Assembly (NCBI GenBank): GCA_016932035.1
Contig: JAFGDR010000023.1
Coordinates: forward strand, 9,775 to 73,774
Origin: Candidatus Cloacimonadota bacterium
GTDB taxonomy: Bacteria; Cloacimonadota; Cloacimonadia; JGIOTU-2
Reading direction: 5' to 3'
Length of the DNA: 64,000 nucleotides
Shown here: piece by piece, positions 61,248-64,000 of the stretch
Position numbering within the stretch: the first letter of the stretch is position 1
Layout: every line of letters starts with the position of its first letter
Program-made: the position numbers and the translations under genes
Notes under the pieces: model-generated
Seen by the model: only the letters and a program-made list of their open reading frames with translations
Database searches by the model: none
Told to the model about the DNA's origin: nothing

Positions 61248-61496
61248 GTGCGAAAAGCAATGATATATGTAACTTTGAAACCTGAAGTCCTTGATCCACA
61301 AGGCAAAGTTATCATGAATGCACTTCACACGCTTGGATATCATAATGTGTCCGAAGTTCGAGCCAGCAAGATGTTCGAGGTTGTCATAGATGTTGATAAA
61401 GAAGCAGATATCGCAAGAGAGATAGATGAAATATGCGATAAGGTTCTTGCAAATCCAAATATCGAAACATACCGATACGATATTCATGACGAGTAA
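61248..61496 (+). CDS. purS: Phosphoribosylformylglycinamidine synthase subunit PurS
   Basis: About 80 aa: YVTLKPEVLDPQGKVIMNALHTLGY..V..VR..K..EV.ID. GTG start with AGGAG upstream; an ATG at 61260 is the alternative. Confidence 0.85.
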   Translation: MRKAMIYVTLKPEVLDPQGKVIMNALHTLGYHNVSEVRASKMFEVVIDVDKEADIAREIDEICDKVLANPNIETYRYDIHDE

Positions 61497-61519
61497 CGGT
61501 AACATCACGAGCTGAAAAT

Positions 61520-62212
61520 ATGAATTATAACATCATCATTTTTCCCGGATCAAATTGTGATTATGATGCCTACTATGTAACAAAGAACCTGATGAGGGAT
61601 GAGGTTGAATATGTGTGGCATAAAGACACTGAGTTGAAGAATCCTGATTGTGTGATCATTCCTGGTGGTTTTTCATATGGAGATTATCTTCGAGCAGGTG
61701 CAATAGCAAAATTCAGCCCGATCATGAACGAAGTTGTCAGTTTTACTCAAAAGGGTGGTTTAGTAATCGGTATATGTAATGGATTCCAGGTTTTAACGGA
61801 AACCCGCTTATTGCCTGGTGCACTTCTTCAGAATAAATCACTCCTCTTTATCTGTAAACATCAGCAGGTTAAAGTTGTGAATACATCAACTCCATTTACG
61901 AATGCAATTATAAAGGATAGTATACTGGATATTCCTATCGCTCATAATGAAGGCAATTACTATATTGACAATGATGGGCTCAAATCATTACAGGATAATG
62001 ACCAGATCGTTTTTCAATATTGTGACAATAATGGGATCATTGATGATAGTACAAACCCAAATGGGGCTGTAATGAACATTGCAGGTATCGTAAATAAAAA
62101 AGGAAATGTACTCGGCATGATGCCTCATCCTGAAAGAAGTTCTGACCCTACTTGCGGTGTTACTGACGGTCAGCAAATATTTTTATCAATTAAAAATTTT
62201 GTAGAAAAATGA
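61520..62212 (+). CDS. purQ: Phosphoribosylformylglycinamidine synthase glutaminase subunit PurQ
   Basis: Class I glutamine amidotransferase (IIIFPGSNCDYD, GICNGFQVL Cys nucleophile, MMPHPER). It ends with a TGA stop overlapping the next ATG. Confidence 0.9.
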   Translation: MNYNIIIFPGSNCDYDAYYVTKNLMRDEVEYVWHKDTELKNPDCVIIPGGFSYGDYLRAGAIAKFSPIMNEVVSFTQKGGLVIGICNGFQVLTETRLLPGALLQNKSLLFICKHQQVKVVNTSTPFTNAIIKDSILDIPIAHNEGNYYIDNDGLKSLQDNDQIVFQYCDNNGIIDDSTNPNGAVMNIAGIVNKKGNVLGMMPHPERSSDPTCGVTDGQQIFLSIKNFVEK

Positions 62213-62904
62213 ATGTCATTACTTCAGTTGCCAATCTATTATTTCCACCTATGTGCTTTTCATGTAATGAAAGATTAGAAAACAGCACGATATTGTGCAA
62301 TAATTGCATTGACCAACTTATCGATCTTGAAGGGATCAGGTGTACATTCTGTCATAAAGAGATTTCTCATGGCTTTATTTGCGATGAATGTAAAACGATA
62401 TATCCTTTTGATGAAGTGGTTTGTGCATATATGTATAATTCACCAATTCAAAGCATGATCCATCATTTTAAATATAATGAATTCAAAAAGATTGGCACAT
62501 ATCTCGGCAAAAGACTTGCTGATAAATTATCACATTATGATTTCACTCGTAACACAGATTATATCATACCTGTTCCGCTTCATAGAACAAAGGAGCGATT
62601 TCGAGGATTCAATCAAGCTGAAATCATTGCAAAAGCAATCTCAAAATCTATTAAAATACCAATTCTAAGTGATGTGATAAGAAGGAAAAAATTCACTCAA
62701 ACGCAGACAAAACTTGATCATACAGAAAGAGAAAAGAATGTTGCCGATGCCTTTATATTGAAAGATTCAGAGATTCTTAAGAAGAAATCTATATTATTAG
62801 TTGACGATGTTTTGACAACAGGATCAACTATGAAATCAATAGCACTTTTATTAAAGGAGAATCTTGCAGCGCATGTTTATGTATGTACATTAGCACGCGC
62901 ATAA
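62209..62904 (+). CDS. comF: ComF family protein (phosphoribosyltransferase domain with N-terminal Cys4 zinc-finger-like motifs)
   Basis: CFSC...C..C, C..C...C..C clusters, then a PRTase-type fold with LLVDDVLTTGSTM. Confidence 0.75.
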   Translation: MNVITSVANLLFPPMCFSCNERLENSTILCNNCIDQLIDLEGIRCTFCHKEISHGFICDECKTIYPFDEVVCAYMYNSPIQSMIHHFKYNEFKKIGTYLGKRLADKLSHYDFTRNTDYIIPVPLHRTKERFRGFNQAEIIAKAISKSIKIPILSDVIRRKKFTQTQTKLDHTEREKNVADAFILKDSEILKKKSILLVDDVLTTGSTMKSIALLLKENLAAHVYVCTLARA

Positions 62905-62910
62905 TAAAAT

Positions 62911-63270
62911 ATGGATCTTATAGTAGAAGTTTCAAAAGATGATGCTCATGAGCTGATGGATAGAACTGCGAAGTTCATCGTTGAAAGAAGAATGGGTTCT
63001 GCAGCTATTCTCCTCATTGAATCTCTCAGACCGTTGAATTTTATTGCCAGCCAGATCCTCTATATGATAGCTCCATTTGCTGAGATCATTTTCAAACCTG
63101 ATGAATATCAGAAATTTGCATGTTCCCTTGAAGATACGGAGAATGTAAAATATCTTATTAATAAGATTGACGAAAAGGATGCTGAATTTCATAAGAAATT
63201 AAAAGCTGATAAGAAGAAAGCGCGCGAATTGAAAAAGAAGAAAAAAGAATTAAAAAAGAAAGTTAAATAA
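62911..63270 (+). CDS. Hypothetical protein with Lys-rich C-terminal tail
   Basis: 119 aa. Hydrophobic core segment AILLIESLRPLNFIASQILYMIAPF and tail KKLKADKKKARELKKKKKELKKKVK. No family recognised. Confidence 0.45.
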   Translation: MDLIVEVSKDDAHELMDRTAKFIVERRMGSAAILLIESLRPLNFIASQILYMIAPFAEIIFKPDEYQKFACSLEDTENVKYLINKIDEKDAEFHKKLKADKKKARELKKKKKELKKKVK

Positions 63271-63283
63271 ATCGGAGGAAATA

Positions 63284-64000
63284 TGGCAAAAGATCTACGT
63301 TCGATATTGGCTACTGATTGTGGTAGTACAACAACGAAGGCCATATTAATTAAGAAAATCAAAGATGAATATCGTTTGATCGTGCGAGGTGAAGCACCCA
63401 CGACAGTTGAAGCACCCTTTGATGATGTTACCAAAGGTGTTCTTAATGCAGTCGAGGAAGTTGAAGACCTTGTTCATATTCGAGGAGAGCAAGAGAGAGC
63501 AATCATTAAAGATGAAACCATCGAAGTGCCGCAAGATGGCGAGAAAGGTGTCGATGCATATGTATCAACCAGCAGCGCCGGTGGTGGTTTGCAGATGATG
63601 GTTGCTGGTGTGGTTAAAAGCATGACCGGAGAAAGTGCGGAGCGAGCAGCGCTCGGTGCGGGAGCGATCGTTATGGATGTACTTGCCAGCAACGACAAAC
63701 GTCTTCCACATCAACGTATCGAGAGGATACGACACCTCAGACCTGATATGATACTTCTTTCAGGTGGAATCGATGGTGGAACAACCAAGCATGTTGTCGA
63801 GTTGGCAGAGATCATTGCTGCAGCAGATCCCAAACCTCGTCTCGGTTCGGAATATAAACTCCCTGTTATTTATGCAGGCAATAAAGATGCTCGAGATGCA
63901 GTGCGAGATACCCTCGGAAATAAAGTCGATCTTATCATAACCGACAATATTCGTCCTGTTCTCGAAAGAGAAAATCTAGGACCTGCTCGTGACAAGATCC
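63284..64000 (+). CDS. Glutamate mutase MutL/GlmL-like reactivase ATPase (5' partial, continues beyond window)
   Basis: GGAGG RBS. MAKDLRSILATDCGSTTTKAIL...TSSAGGGLQMMVAG...RPDMILLSGGIDGGT...VIYAGNKDARD is collinear with the N-terminus of the 967-aa protein at 21210-24113. Confidence 0.7.

Noticed and set aside
62911-63270. 119-aa ORF as a glutamate mutase S (B12-binding) subunit preceding MutL
   Set aside because: It lacks the DxHxxG cobalamin-binding motif and a Rossmann-like pattern. It is kept only as a hypothetical protein.

Overview
This 64-kb window reads as chromosomal DNA from a low-GC anaerobe (about 38% GC by eye). Many encoded proteins end in the Bacteroidota-style type IX secretion (T9SS/Por) C-terminal sorting domain, consensus roughly 'YPNPF..x..I.F....x..I.IYNIKGQLV..L.......WDGKD..G..V..GVYFY'. 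That pattern, together with the amino-acid-fermentation gene content, fits a Cloacimonadota-like (FCB group) organism, but this is an inference. TGA is a normal stop here; I counted six annotated genes ending in TGA.

The first 19.7 kb and 29.6-36.7 kb are an accessory secretome region. It holds seven T9SS cargo genes, including two gingipain-like C25 proteins, a PKD-CapA(PGA_cap) fusion and a tandem paralog pair. It also holds two large secreted beta-helix genes that are each broken by a single in-frame TGA; one of these TGAs aligns with a conserved Cys of a paralogous repeat.

Housekeeping genes fill the rest:
- obg, dprA, and an orphan groES with a CIRCE-like operator.
- A LysM/M23 peptidase gene and acyP.
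- A tRNA cluster: Ser(TGA), Ser(GCT), Gln(TTG), Gln(CTG).
- nadK with a pgsA-like gene, and rpsT.
- A split methylmalonyl-CoA mutase, a tryptophanase/tyrosine-phenol-lyase gene, and archaeal-type LeuC/LeuD-like genes.
- apbE, folE2, a Nif3 gene, a PAS protein gene, corA, and purL-lgt-purB-purS-purQ-comF.

The items most worth follow-up:
- A 967-aa protein with a glutamate-mutase-reactivase (MutL/GlmL-like) ATPase N-terminus fused to an uncharacterised ~500-aa C-terminal region, with a second MutL paralog at the window end.
- A tightly packed four-gene membrane operon at 45.2-50.2 kb with no recognisable family.
- The two TGA-interrupted beta-helix genes.

I recognised no CRISPR array, transposase or phage genes.
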